From NCBI GenBank assembly GCA_964016885.1, contig OZ024741.1, forward strand, positions 247,628,001 to 247,692,000: a DNA stretch of 64,000 nt. The letters run 5' to 3'. Shown one piece after another: positions 12,001-27,000 of this stretch; the stretch's first letter is position 1; every line of letters starts with the position of its first letter. The DNA comes from Eledone cirrhosa (taxonomy: Eukaryota). The translations under genes and the position numbers were made by a program. The notes below the pieces were generated by a model. It searched no databases and had not been told where the DNA came from. It saw only the letters and a list, made by a program, of their open reading frames with translations.

Positions 12001-15000
12001 TCTCCCCCTGATTTTTTTTTACAAATTATCTCCCCCTGATTTTTTTACAAATTATCTCCCCCTGATTTTTTTTACAAATTGTCTCCGCCTGATTTTTTTA
12101 AATATTATCTCTCCTTGGCTGGCGGGAAATTATCTCCCCTTGGACGGCTGGAAATTATCTCCCCTTGGAAGGATGGAAATTATCTCCCCTTGGACGGCTA
12201 GAAATTATCTCTCTTTGGACGGCTGGAAATTATCACCCCTTGAGTTTTTTACAAATTATCTCCCCCTGATTTTTTTTACAAATCTCCCAGTGATTTTTAA
12301 AAAAAAATTATCTCCCCTTCGCTGGCTGGAAATTATCTCCCCTTGGACGCTGGAAATTATAGCACCTTGGAGGGCTGGAAATTATCTTCCCTTGGACGGC
12401 TGGAAATTATCTCCCCTTGATTTTTTTTACAAATTATCTCCCCCTGATTTTTTTTTACAAATTATCTCCCCCTGATTTTTTTTTACAACTTATCTGCGCC
12501 TGATTTTTTTAAAAAAATTATCTCCCCTTGGACGGCTGGAAATTATCTCCCCTTGGACGGCTGGAAATTATCTCTCCTTGGACGGCTAGAATTTACCTCT
12601 CCTTGGACGGCTGAAAATTATCTCCCCTTGGACGGCTGGAAATTATCTCCCCTTGATTTTTTTTACAAATTATCTCCCCCTGATTTTTTTTTACAAATTA
12701 TCTCCCCCTGATTTTTTTTACAAATTATCTCCCCCTGATTTTTTTTTACAAATTATCTCCCCCTGATTTTTTTTACAAATTATCTCCCCCTGATTTTCTT
12801 ACAAATTATCTCCCCTTGGCTGGCTGGAAATTATCTCCCCTTGGACGGCTGGAAATTATCTCCCATTGGATGGCTAGATATTACCTCCCCTTGGACGGCT
12901 GGAAATTATCTCCCCTTGATTTTTTTTACAAATTATCTCCCCCTGATTTTTTTTACAAATTATCTCCCCCTGATTTTTTTTTACAAATTATCTCCCCCTG
13001 ATTTTTGTTTACAAATTATCTCCGCCTGATTTTTTTTTAAAAATTATCTCCCCTTGGACGGCTGGAAATTATCTCCCCCTGGACGGCTAGAAATTACCTC
13101 TCCTTGGACGGCTGAAAATTATCTCCCCTTGGACGGCTGGAAATTATCTCCCCTTGATTTTTTTACAAATTATCTCCCCCTGATTTTTTTTTTACAAATT
13201 ATCTCCCCCTGATTTTTTTTTTACAAATTATCTCCCCCTGATTTTTTTACAAATTATCTCCCCCTAATTTTTTTTACAAATTATCTCCGCCTGATTTTTT
13301 TAAATATTATCTCTCCTTGGCTGGCGGGAAATTATCTCCCCTTGGACGGCTGGAAATTATCTCCCCTTGGAAGGATGGAAATTATCTCCCCTTGGACGGC
13401 TGGAAATTATCTACCCCTGATTTTTTTTACAAATTATCTCCCCCTGATTTTTTTTACAAATTATCTCCCCCTGATTTTTTTTTACAAATTATCTACCCCT
13501 GATTTTTTTTACAAATTATCTCCCCCTGATTTTTTTTACAAATTATCTCCCCCTGATTTTTTTTTACAAATTATCTACCCCTGATTTTTTTTACAAATTA
13601 TCTCCCCCTGATTTTTTTTTACAAATTATCTCCCCCTGATTTTTTTACAAATTATCTCCCCCTGATTTTTTTTACAATCTCCGCCTGATTTTTTTAAAAA
13701 TTATCTTCTCTTGGCTGGCTGGAAATTATCTCCCCTTGGACACTGGAAATTATAGCCACTTGGAGGGCTGGAAATTATCTTCCCTTGGACGGCTGGAAAT
13801 TATCTCCCCTTGATTTTTTTTACAAATTATCTCCGCCTGATTTTTTTTTACAAATTATCTCCCCCTGATTTTTTTTTACAAATTATCTACCCCTGATTTT
13901 TTTTTACAAATTATCTCCCCCTGATTTTTTTTACAAATTATCTCCCCCTGATTTCTCTTTTACAAATTATCTCCCCCTGATTTTTTTACAAATTATCTCC
14001 CCCTGATTTTTTTTACAAATTATCTCCGCCTGATTTTTTTAAATATTATCTTCCCTTGGCTGGCGGGAAATTATCTCCCCTTGGACGGCTGGAAATTATC
14101 TACCCTTGATTTTCTTTTTACAAATTATCTTCCACTGATTTTTTTTACAAATTATCTCCACCTGATTTTTTAAAAAATTATCTCCCATTGGAAGGCTGGA
14201 AATTATCTCCCCTTGGACGGCTGGAAATTATCTCTCCTTGGACGGCTGGAAATTATCTCTCCTTGGACGGCTAGAATTTACCTCTCCTTGGACGGCTGAA
14301 AATTATCTCCCCTTGGACGGCTGGAAATTACCTCCCCTTGAACGGCTGGAAATTATCTCCCTTGGACGGCTGGAAATTATCTCCCCTTGGATGGCTAGAT
14401 ATTACCTCCCCTTGGACGGCTGGAAATTATCTCTCCTTGGACGGCTAGAATTTACCTCTCCTTGGACGGCTGAAAATTATCTCCCCTTGGACGGCTGGAA
14501 ATTACCTCCCCTTGATTTTTTTTACAAATTATCTCCCCCTGATTTTTTTTTACAAATTATCTCCCCCTGATTTTTTTTTACAAATTATCTCCCCCTGATT
14601 TTTTTTTACAAATTATCTCCCCCTGATTTTTTTTACAAATTATCTCCCCTTGGCTGGCTGGAAATTATCTCCCCTTGGAGGCTGGAACTTATCTCCCCTT
14701 GGACGGCTAGAAATTACCTCTCCTTGGACGGCTGGAAAATATGTCTCCTTGGACGGCTGGAAATTATCTCCCCTTGGACGGCTGGAAATTATCTCCCTTG
14801 GACGGCTGGAAATTATCTCCCCTTGGATGGCTAGATATTACCTCCCCTTGGACGGCTGGAAATTATCTCCCCTTGATTTTTTTTAGAAATTATCTCCCCC
14901 TGATTTTTTTTTACAAATTATCTCCCCCTGATTTTTTATTACAAATTATCTCCCCCTGATTTTTGTTTACAAATTATCTCCGCCTGATTTTTTTTTTAAA

Positions 15001-18000
15001 ATTATCTCCCCTTGGACGGCTGGAAATTATCTCCCCTTGGACGGCTAGAAATTACCTCTCCTTGGACGGCTGAAAATTATCTCCACTTGGACGGCTGGAA
15101 ATTATCTACCCCTGATTTTTTTTACAAATTATCTCCCCCTGATTTTTTTTACAAATTATCTCCCCCTGATTTTTTTTTACAAATTATCTACCCCTGATTT
15201 TTTTTACAAATTATCTCCCCCTGATTTTTTTACAAATTGTCTCCCCCTGATTTTTTTTTACAAATTATCTCCCCCTGATTGTTTTACAAATTATCTCCCC
15301 CTGATTTTTTTTACAAATTATCTCCGCCTGATTTTTTTAAATATTATCTTCCCTTGGCTGGCGGGAAATTATCTCCCCTTGGAAGGATGGAAATTATCTC
15401 CCCTTGGACGGCTGGAAATTATCTCCCCTTGCACTGCTGGAAATTATCTCCCCTTGGACGACTGGAAATTATCTGCCCTTGATTTTGTTTTTACAAATTA
15501 TCTTCCCCTCATTTTTTTTACAAATTATCTCCACCTGATTTTTTAAAAAATTATCTCCCCTTGGACGGCTGGAAATTATCTCCCCTTGGCTGGAAATTAT
15601 CTCCCCTTGGACGGCTAGAAATTATCTCTCTTTGGACGGCTGGAAATTATCTCCCCTTGATTTTTTTTACAAATTATCTCCCCCTGATTTTTTTTACAAA
15701 TCTCCCAGTGATTTTTAAAAAAAAATTATCTTCCTTTCGCTGGTTGGAAATTATCTCCCCTTGGACGCTGGAAATTATAGCCCCTTGGAGGGCTGGAAAT
15801 TATCTTCCCTTGGACGGCTGGAAATTATCTCCCCTTGATTTTTTTACATTTTATCTCCCCCTGATTTTTTTTTACAAATTATCTCCCCGATTTTTTTTTA
15901 CAAATTATCTCCGCCTGATTTTTTTAAAAAAATTATCTTCCCTTGGACGGCTGGAAATTATCTCCCCTTGGACGGCTGGAAATTATCTCGCCTTGGACGG
16001 CTAGAAATTACCTCTCCTTGGACGGCTGAAAATTATCTCCCCTTGGACGCTGGAAATTATAGCCCCTTGGAGGGCTGGAAATTATGTCCCCTTGATTTTT
16101 TTTACAAATTATCTCCCCCTGATTTTTTTTTACAAATTATCTCCCCCTGATTTTTTTTTTACAAATTATCTCCCCCTGATTTTTTTTTACAAATTATCTC
16201 CCCCTGATTTTTTTACAAATTATCTCCCCTTGGCTGGCTGTAAATTATCTCCCCTTGGAGGCTGGAATTTATCTCCCCTTGGACGGCTGGAAATAATCTC
16301 CCCTTGGACGGCTAGAAATTACCTCTCCTTGGACGGCTGGAAATTATCTCCCCTTGAACGGCTGGAAATTATCTCCCCTTGGACGGCTGGAAATTATCTC
16401 CCCTTGGACGGCTGGAAATTATCTCCCCTTGGACGGCTAGAAATTACCTCTCCTTGGACGGCTGGAAATTATCTCCACTTGGACGGCTGGAAATTATCTC
16501 CCCTTCGCTGGCTGGAAATCATCTCCCTTTGGACGGCTGGAAATTATAGCTGCTTGTAGGGCTGGAAATTATCTCCCCTTGGACGGCTGGAAATTATCTC
16601 CCCTTGATTTATTTTACTAATTATCTCCCCCTGATTTTTTTTACAAATTATCTCCGCCTGATTTTTTTTTAAAAATTATCTCCCCTTGGCTGGATGGAAA
16701 TTATCTCCCCTTGGACGGCTGGAAATTATCTCCCCTTGGAGCCTAGAAATTACCTCTCCTTGGACAGCTGTAAATTATCTCCCCTTGGACGGCTGGAAAT
16801 TATCTCGCCTTGGACGGCTGGAAATTATCTCCCCTTGATTTTGTATACAAATTATCTCCCCCTGATTTTTTTTTACAAATTATCTGCCCCTGATTATATT
16901 TTTACAAATTAGCTCCGCCTGATTTTTTAAAAAAATTATCTCCCCTTGGACGGCTGGAAATTATCTCCCCTTGGACGGCTGGAAATTATCTCCCCTTGAA
17001 CGGCTAGAAATTACCTCTCCTTGGAGGGCTGGAAATTATCATCCCTTGGACGGCTGGAAATTATCTCCCCTTGATTTTTTTTACAAATTATCTCCCCTTG
17101 GACGGCTGGAAATTATCTCCCCTTGGACGGCTGGAAATTATCTCCCCTTGGACGGCTAGAAATTACCTCTCCTTGGACGGCTGAAAATTATCTCCCCTTG
17201 GACGGCTGGAAATTATCTCCCCTTGATTTTTTTTTACAAATTATCTCCCCCTGATTTTTTTTACAAATTATCTACCCCTGATTTTTTTTACAAATTATCT
17301 CCCCCTGATTTTTTTTACAAATTATCTCCCCCTGATTTTTTTTACAAATTATCTCCCCCTGATTTTTTTTTACAAATTATCTCCCCCTGATTTTTTTACA
17401 AATTATCTCCCCCTGTTTTTTTTACAAATTATCTCCGCCTGATTTTTTTAAATATTATCTTCCCTTGGCTGGCGGGAAATTATCTCCCCTTGGACGGCTG
17501 AAAATTATCTCCCCTTGGACGGCTGGAAATTATCTCCCCTTGATTTTTTTTACAAATTATCTCCCCCTGATTTTTTCTTACAAATTATCTCCCCCTGATT
17601 TTTTTACAAATTATCTCCCCCTGATTTTTTTTTACAAATTGTCTCCCCCTGATTTTTTTTACAAATTATCTCCCTCTGATTTTTTTACAAATTATCTCCC
17701 CTTGGCTGGCTGGAAATTATCTCCCCTTGGACGGCTAGAAATTACCTCTCCTTGGACGGCTGGAAAATATGTCTCCTTGGACGGCTGGATATTATCTCCC
17801 CTTGGACGGCTGGAAATTATCTCCCCTTGGACGGCTGGAAATTATCTCCCCTTGATTTTTTTACAAATTATCTCCCCCTGATTTATTTTACAAATCTCCC
17901 AATTTAAAAAAAAAAATTATCTCCCCTTCGCTGGCTGGAAATTATCTCCCCTTGGACGCTGGAAATTATAGCCCCTTGGAGGGCTGGAAATTATCTTCCC

Positions 18001-21000
18001 TTGGACGGCTGGAAATTATCTCCCCTTGATTTTTTTTACAAATTATCTCCCCCTGATTTTTTTTACAAATTATCTCCCCCTGATTTTTTTTACAAATTAT
18101 CTACCCCTGATTTTTTTTACAAATTATCTCCCCCTGATTTTTTTTTACAAATTATCTCCCCCTGATTTTTTTTTACAAATTATCTCCCCCTGATTTTTTT
18201 ACAAATTATCTCCCCCTGATTTTTTTTACAATCTCCGCCTGATTTTTTTAAAAATTATCTTCCCTTGGCTGGCTGGAAATTATCTCCCCTTGGACACTGG
18301 AAATTATAGCCCCTTGGAGGGCTGGAAATTATCTTCCCTTGGACGGCTGGAAATTATCTCCCCTTGATTTTTTTTACAAATTATCTCCGCCTGATTTTTT
18401 TTTACAAATTATCTCCCCCTGATTTTTTTTTACACATTATCTACCCCTGATTTTTTTTTACAAATTATCTCCCCCTGATTTTTTTTACAAATTATCTCCC
18501 CCTGATTTTTCTTTTACAAATTATCTCCCCCTGATTTTTTTACAAATTATCTCCCCCTGATTTTTTTTACAAATTATCTCCGCCTGATTTTTTTAAATAT
18601 TATCTTCCCTTGGCTGGCGGGAAATTATCTCCCCTTGGACGGCTGGAAATTATCTGCCCTTGATTTTCTTTTTACAAATTATCTTCCACTGATTTTTTTT
18701 ACAAATTATCTCCACCTGATTTTTTAAAAAATTATCTCCCCTTGGAAGGCTGGAAATTATCTCCCCTTGGACGGCTGGAAATTATCTCCCCTTGGACGGC
18801 TAGAAATTATCTGTCCTTGGACGGCTGAAAATTATCTCCCCTTGGACGGCTGCAAATTATCTCCCCTTGATTTTTTTTACAAATTTTCTCCCCCTGATTT
18901 TTTTTACAAATTATCTCCCCCTGATTTTTTTACAAATTATCTCCCCCTGATTTTTTTTTACAAATTATCTCCCCCTGATTTTTTTTTACAAATTATCTCC
19001 CCCTGATTTTTTTTACAATCTCCGCCTGATTTTTTTAAAAATTATCTTCCCTTGGCTGGCGGGAAATTATCTCCCCTTGGACGGCTGGAAATTATCTCAC
19101 CTTGGAAGGATGGAAATTATCTCCCCTCGGACGGCTGGAAATTATCTCCCCTTGCACGGCTGGAAATTATCTCCCCTTGGCTGGAAATTATCTCCCCTTG
19201 GACGGCTAGAAATTATCTCTCTTTGGACGGCTGCAAATTATCTCCCTTTGATTTTTTTTACAAATTATCTCCCTCTGATTTTTTTTACAAATCTCCCCCT
19301 GATTTTTTTAAAAAAATTATCTCCCCTTCGCTGGCTGGAAATTATCTTCCCTTGGACGGCTGGAAATTATCTCCCCTTGATTTTTTTTACAAATTATCTC
19401 CGCCTGATTTTTTTTAAAAATTATCTCTCCTTGGACGGCTGGAAATTATCTCCCCTTGATTTTTTTACAAATTATCTCCCCCTGATTTTTTTTTACAAAT
19501 TATCTCCCCCTGATTTTTTTTTACAAATTATCTACCCCTGATTTTTTTTTACAAATTATCTCCCCCTGATTTTTTTTTACAAATTATCTACCCCTGATTT
19601 TTTTTACAAATTATCTCCCCCTGATTTTTTTTACAAATTATCTCCCCCTGATTTTTTTTTTACAAATTATCTCCCCCTGATTTTTTTACAAATTATCTCC
19701 CCCTGATTTTTTTTACAAATTATCTCCGCCGGATTTTTTTAAATATTATCTTCCCTTGGCTGGCGGGAAATTATCTCCCCTTGGACGGCTGAAAATTATC
19801 TCCCTTTGGACGGCTGGAAATTATCTCCCCTTGATTTTTTTTACAAATTATCTCCCCCTGATTTTTTTTTACAAATTATCTCCCCCTGATTTTTTTTACA
19901 AATTATCTCCCCCTGATTTTTTTTTACAAATTATCTCCCCCTGATTTTTTTTACAAATTATCTCCCCCTGATTTTTTTTACAAATTATCTCCCCCTGATT
20001 TTTTTTTACAAATTATCTCCCCTGATTTTTTTACAAATTATCTCCCCCTGATTTTTTTTACAAATTATCTCCGCCTGATTTTTTAAAATATTATCTTCCC
20101 TTGGCTGGCGGGAAATTATCTCCCCTTGGACGGCTGGAAATTATCTGCCCTTGATTTTCTTTTTACAAATTATCTTCCACTGATTTTTTTTACAAATTAT
20201 CTCCACCTGATTTTTTAAAAAATTATCTCCCCTTGGAAGACTGGAAATTATCTCCCCTTGGCTGGAAATTATCTCCCCTTGGACGGCTAGAAATTATCTC
20301 TCTTTGGACGGCTGGAAATTATCACCCCTTGAGTTTTTTACAAATTATCTCCCCCTGATTTTTTTTACAAATCTCCCAGTGATTTTTAAAAAAAAATTAT
20401 CTCCCCTTCGCTGGCTGGAAATTATCTCCCCTTGGACGCTGGAAATTATAGCACCTTGGAGGGCTGGAAATTATCTTCCCTTGGACGGCTGGAAATTATC
20501 TCCCCTTGACTTTTTTTACAAATTATCTCCCCCTGATTTTTTTTTACAAATTATCTCTCCCTGATTTTTTTTTACAACTTATCTGCGCCTGATTTTTTTA
20601 AAAAAATTATCTCCCCTTGGACGGCTGGAAATTATCTCCCCTTGGACGGCTGGAAATTATCTCTCCTTGGACGGCTAGAATTTACCTCTCCTTGGACGGC
20701 TGAAAATTATCTCCCCTTGGACGGCTGGAAATTATCTCCCCTTGATTTTTTTTACAAATTATCTCCCCCTGATTTTTTTTTACAAATTATCTCCCCCTGA
20801 TTTTTTTTACAAATTATCTCCCCCTGATTTTTTTTTACAAATTATCTCCCCCTGATTTTTTTTACAAATTATCTCCCCCTGATTTTCTTACAAATTATCT
20901 CCCCTTGGCTGGCTGGAAATTATCTCCCCTTGGAGGCTGGAACTTATGTCCCCTTGGACGGCTAGAAATTACCTCTCCTTGGACGGCTGGATGATATGTC

Positions 21001-21036
21001 TCCTTGGACGGCTGGATATTATCTCCCCTTGGACGG
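1..21036 (+). repeat. Higher-order repeat copy 1 (21,036 bp; phase set arbitrarily at the window start)
   Basis: The window-start context recurs at 21037. Marker ORF 887 recurs at 21923 (+21036), and the rare CCCCCTGGAGATTT variant at ~1296 recurs at ~22332. Confidence 0.92.
15230..17060 (+). repeat. Diverged monomer domain within the HOR (second copy ~41700-43540)
   Basis: Dense private variants (TTGCACTGCTGG, GGACGACTGG, CCCCTCATTT, TAGCTGCTTGTAGG, TTACTAATT, TTGTATAC, TGATTATATT, TTAGCTCC, TATCATCCC) were seen only here and at +26477. Confidence 0.8.
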
Positions 21037-24000
21037 CTGGAAATTATCTCCCCTTGGACGGCTGGAAATTATCTCCCCTTGGATGGCTAGATATTACCTC
21101 CCCTTGGACGGCTGGAAATTATCTCCCCTTGATTTTTTTTACAAATTATCTCCCCCTGATTTTTTTTTACAAATTATCTCCCCCTGATTTTTTTTTACAA
21201 ATTATCTCCCCCTGATTTTTGTTTACAAATTATCTCCGCCTGATTTTTTTTTAAAAATTATCTCCCCTTGGACGGCTGGAAATTATCTCCCCTTGGACGG
21301 CTAGAAATTACCTCTCCTTGGACGGCTGAAAATTATCTCCCCTTGGACGGCTGGAAATTATCTCCCCTTGATTTTTTTACAAATTATCTCCCCCTGATTT
21401 TTTTTTTACAAATTATCTCCCCCTGATTTTTTTTTTACAAATTATCTCCCCCTGATTTTTTTACAAATTATCTCCCCCTAATTTTTTTTACAAATTATCT
21501 CCGCCTGATTTTTTTAAATATTATCTCTCCTTGGCTGGCGGGAAATTATCTCCCCTTGGACGGCTGGAAATTATCTCCCCATGGAAGGATGGAAATTATC
21601 TCCCCTTGGACGGCTGGAAATTATCTACCCCTGATTTTTTTTACAAATTATCTCCCCCTGATTTTTTTTACAAATTATCTCCCCCTGATTTTTTTTTACA
21701 AATTATCTACCCCTGATTTTTTTTACAAATTATCTCCCCCTGATTTTTTTTACAAATTATCTCCCCCTGATTTTTTTTACAAATTATCTCCACCTGATTT
21801 TTTTACAAATTATCTCCCCCTGATTTTTTTTACAAATTATCTTCCTCTGATTTTTTTACAAATTTTCTCCCCTTGGCTGGCTGGAAATTATCTCCCCTTG
21901 GACGGCTAGAAATTACCTCTCCTTGGATGGCTGGAAATTATCTCCCCTTGGACGGCTGGAAATTATCTCCCCTTGGACGGATAGATATTACCTCCCCTTG
22001 GACGGCTGGAAATTATCTCCCCTTGATTTTTTTACAAATTATCTCCCCCTGATTTATTTTACAAATCTGCCAATGATTTTTAAAAAAAAATTATCTCCCC
22101 TTCGCTGGCTGGAAATTATCTCCCCTTGGACGCTGGAAATTATAGCCCCTTGGAGGGCTGGAAATTATCTTCCCTTGGACGGCTGGAAATTATCTCCCCT
22201 TGATTTTTTTTACAAATTATCTCCCCCTGATTTTTTTTACAAATTATCTCCCCCTGATTTTTTTTACAAATTATCTACCCCTGATTTTTTTTACAAATTA
22301 TCTCCCTCTGATTTTTTTTACAAATTATCTCCCCCTGGAGATTTTTTTTTACAAATTATCTCCCCCTGATTTTTTTTACAAATTATCTCCCCCTGATTTT
22401 TTTTACAAATTATCTACCCCTGATTTTTTTTACAAATTATCTCCCCCTGATTTTTTTTTACAAATTATCTCCCCCTGATTTTTTTTACAAATTATCTCCC
22501 CCTGATTTTTTTACAAATTATCTCCCCCTGATTTTTTTTACAATCTCCGCCTGATTTTTTTAAAAATTATCTTCCCTTGGCTGGCTGGAAATTATCTCCC
22601 CTTGGACACTGGAAATTATAGCCCCTTGGAGGGCTGGAAATTATCTTCCCTTGGACGGCTGGAAATTATCTCCCCTTGATTTTTTTTACAAATTATCTCC
22701 GCCTGATTTTTTTTTACAAATTATCTCCCCCTGATTTTTTTTTACAAATTATCTACCCCTGATTTTTTTTTACAAATTATCTCCCCCTGATTTTTTTTAC
22801 AAATTATCTCCGCCTGATTTTTTTAAATATTATCTTCCCTTGGCTGGCGGGAAATTATCTCCCCTTGGACGGCTGGAAATTATCTACCCTTGATTTTCTT
22901 TTTACAAATTATCTTCCACTGATTTTTTTTACAAATTATCTCCACCTGATTTTTTTAAAAATTATCTCCCCTTGGAAGGCTGGAAATTATCTCCCCTTGG
23001 CTGGAAATTATCTCCCCTTGGACGGCTAGAAATTATCTCTCTTTGGACGGCTGGAAATTATCACCCCTTGAGTTTTTTACAAATTATCTCCCCCTGATTT
23101 TTTTTACAAATCTCCCAGTGATTTTAAAAAAAAAATTATCTCCCCTTCGCTGGCTGGAAATTATCTCCCCTTGGACGCTGGAAATTATAGCCCCTTGGAG
23201 GGCTGGAAATTATCTTCCCTTGGACGGCTGGAAATTATCTCCCCTTGATTTTTTTTACAAATTATCTCCCCCTGATTTTTTTTTACAAATTATCTCCCCC
23301 TGATTTTTTTTACAACTTATCTGCGCCTGATTTTTTTAAAAAAATTATCTCCCCTTGGACGGCTGGAAATTATCTCCCCTTGGACGGCTGGAAATTATCT
23401 CTCCTTGGACGGCTAGAATTTACCTCTCCTTGGACGGCTGAAAATTATCTCCCCTTGGACGGCTGGAAATTATCTCCCCTTGATTTTTTTTACAAATTAT
23501 CTCCCCCTGATTTTTTTTTACAAATTATCTCCCCCTGATTTTTTTACAAATTATCTCCCCTTGGCTGGCTGGAAATTATCTCCCCTTGGAGGCTGGAACT
23601 TATCTCCCCTTGGACGGCTAGAAATTACCTCTCCTTGGACGGCTGGAAAATATGTCTCCTTGGACGGCTGGATATTATCTCCCCTTGGACGGCTGGAAAT
23701 TATCTCCCCTTGGACGGCTGGAAATTATCTCCCCTTGGATGGCTAGATATTACCTCCCCTTGGACGGCTGGAAATTATCTCCCCTTGATTTTTTTTACAA
23801 ATTATCTCCCCCTGATTTTTTTTACAAATTATCTCCCCCTGATTTTTTTTTACAAATTATCTCCCCCTGATTTTTGTTTACAAATTATCTCCGCCTGATT
23901 TTTTTAAATATTATCTCTCCTTGGCTGGCGGGAAATTATCTCCCCTTGGACGGCTGGAAATTATCTCCCCTTGGAAGGATGGAAATTATCTCCCCTTGGA

Positions 24001-27000
24001 CGGCTGGAAATTATCTACCCCTGATTTTTTTTACAAATTATCTCCCCCTGATTTTTTTTACAAATTATCTCCCCCTGATTTTTTTTACAAATTATCTACC
24101 CCTGATTTCTTTTACAAATTATCTCCCCCTGATTTTTTTTACAAATTATCTCCCCCTGATTTTTTTTTTACAAATTATCTCCCCCTGATTTTTTTACAAA
24201 TTATCTCCCCCTGATTTTTTTTACAAATTATCTCCGCCTGATTTTTTTAAATATTATCTTCCCTTGGCTGGCTGGAAATTATCTCCCCTTGGACGGCTAG
24301 AAATTACCTCTCCTTGGACGGCTGGAAATTATCTCCCCTTGGACGGCTGGAAATTATCTCCCCTTGGACGGATAGATATTACCTCCCCTTGGACGGCTGG
24401 AAATTATCTCCCCTTGATTTTTTTACAAATTATCTCCCCCTGATTTATTTTACAAATCTCCCAATGATTTTTAAAAAAAAATTATCTCCCCTTCGCTGGC
24501 TGGAAATTATCTCCCCTTGGACGCTGGAAATTATCTCCCCTTGGACGGCTGGAAATTATCTCCCCTTGATTTTTTTTACAAATTATCTCCCCCTGATTTT
24601 TTTTTACAAATTATCTCCGCCTGATTTTTTTTACAAATTATCTCCCCCTGATTTTTTTTTACAAATTATCTCCCCCTGATTTTTTTACAAATTATCTCCC
24701 CCTGATTTTTTTTACAAATTATCTCCGCCTGATTTTTTAAAATATTATCTTCCCTTGGCTGGCGGGAAATTATCTCCCCTTGGACGGCTGGAAATTATCT
24801 GCCCTTGATTTTCTTTTTACAAATTATCTTCCACTGATTTTTTTTACAAATTATCTCCACCTGATTTTTTAAAAAATTATCTCCCCTTGGACGGCTGGAA
24901 ATTATCTCCCCTTGGACGGCTGGAAATTATCTCCCCTTGGACGGCTGGAAATTATCTCTCCTTGGACGGCTAGAATTTACCTCTCCTTGGACGGCTGAAA
25001 ATTATCTCCCCTTGGACGGCTGGAAATTATCTCCCCTTGGACGGCTGGAAATTATCTCCCCTTGGACGGCTGGAAATTATCTCTCCTTGGACGGCTAGAA
25101 ATTACCTCTCCTTGGACGGCTGGAAAATATGTCTCCTTGGACGGCTGGATATTATCTCCCCTTGGACGGCTGGAAATTATCTCCCCTTGGACGGCTGGAA
25201 ATTATCTCCCCTTGGATGGCTAGATATTACCTCCCCTTGGACGGCTGGAAATTATCTCCCCTTGATTTTTTTACAAATTATCTCCCCCTGATTTTTTTTT
25301 ACAAATTATCTCCCCCTGATTTTTTTTTACAAATTATCTCCCCCTGATTTTTGTTTACAAATTATCTCCGCCTGATTTTTTTTTTTAAATTATCTCCCCT
25401 TGGACGGCTGGAAATTATCTCCCCTTGGACGGCTAGAAATTACCTCTCCTTGGACGGCTGAAAATTATCTCCCCTTGGACGGCTGGAAATTATCTCCCCT
25501 TGATTTTTTTACAAATTATCTCCCCCTGATTTTTTTTTTACAAATTATCTCCCCCTGATTTTTTTTTACAAATTATCTACCCCTGATTTTTTTTTACAAA
25601 TTATCTCCCCCTGATTTTTTTTTACAAATTATCTACCCCTGATTTTTTTTACAAATTATCTCCCCCTGATTTTTTTTACAAATTATCTCCCCCTGATTTT
25701 TTTTTTACAAATTATCTCCCCCTGATTTTTTTACAAATTATCTCCCCTTGATTTTTTTTTACAACTTATCTGCGCCTGATTTTTTTTAAAAAATTATCTC
25801 CCCTTGGACGGCTGGAAATTATCTCCCCTTGGACGGCTGGAAATTATCTCTCCTTGGACGGCTAGAATTTACCTCTCCTTGGACGGCTGAAAATTATCTC
25901 CCCTTGGACGGCTGGGAATTATCTCCCCTTGATTTTTTTTACAAATTATCTCCTCCTGATTTTTTTTTACAAATTATCTCCCCCTGATTTTTTTTTACAA
26001 ATTATCTCCCCCTGATTTTTTTTTACAAATTATCTCCCCCTGATTTTTTTACAAATTATCTCCCCTTGGCTGGCTGGAAATTATCTCCCCTTGGAGCCTG
26101 GAACTTATGTCCCCTTGGACGGCTAGAAATTACCTCTCCTTGGACGGCTGGAAAATATGTCTCCTTGGACGGCTGGATATTATCTCCCCTTGGACGGCTG
26201 GAAATTATCTCCCCTTGGACGGCTGGAAATTATCTCCCCTTGGATGGCTAGATATTACCTCCCCTTGGACGGCTGGAAATTATCTCCCCTTGATTTTTTT
26301 TACAAATTATCTCCCCCTGATTTTTTTTTACAAATTATCTCCCCCTGATTTTTTTTTACAAATTATCTCCCCCTGATTTTTGTTTACAAATTATCTCCGC
26401 CTATTTTTTTTTAAAAATTATCTCCCCTTGGACGGCTGGAAATTATCTCCCCTTGGACGGCTAGAAATTACCTCTCCTTGGACGGCTGAAAATTATCTCC
26501 CCTTGGACGGCTGGAAATTATCTCCCCTTGATTTTTTTACAAATTATCTCCCCCTGATTTTTTTTTTACAAATTATCTCCTCCTGATTTTTTTTTTACAA
26601 ATTATCTCCCCCTGATTTTTTTACAAATTATCTCCCCCTAATTTTTTTTACAAATTATCTCCGCCTGATTTTTTTAAATATTATCTCTCCTTGGCTGGCG
26701 GGAAATTATCTCACCTTGGACGGCTGGAAATTATCTCCCCTTGGAAGAATGGAAATTATCTCCCCTTGGACGGCTGGAAATTATCTACCCCTGATTTTTT
26801 TTACAAATTATCTCCCCCTGATTTTTTTTACAAATCTCCCAGTGATTTAAAAAAAAAAATTATCTCCCCTTCGCTGGCTGGAAATTATCTCCCCTTGGAC
26901 GCTGGAAATTATAGCCCCTTGGAGGGCTGGAAATTATCTTCCCTTGGACGGCTGGAAATTATCTCCCCTTGATTTTTTTTACAAATTATCTCCCCCTGAT

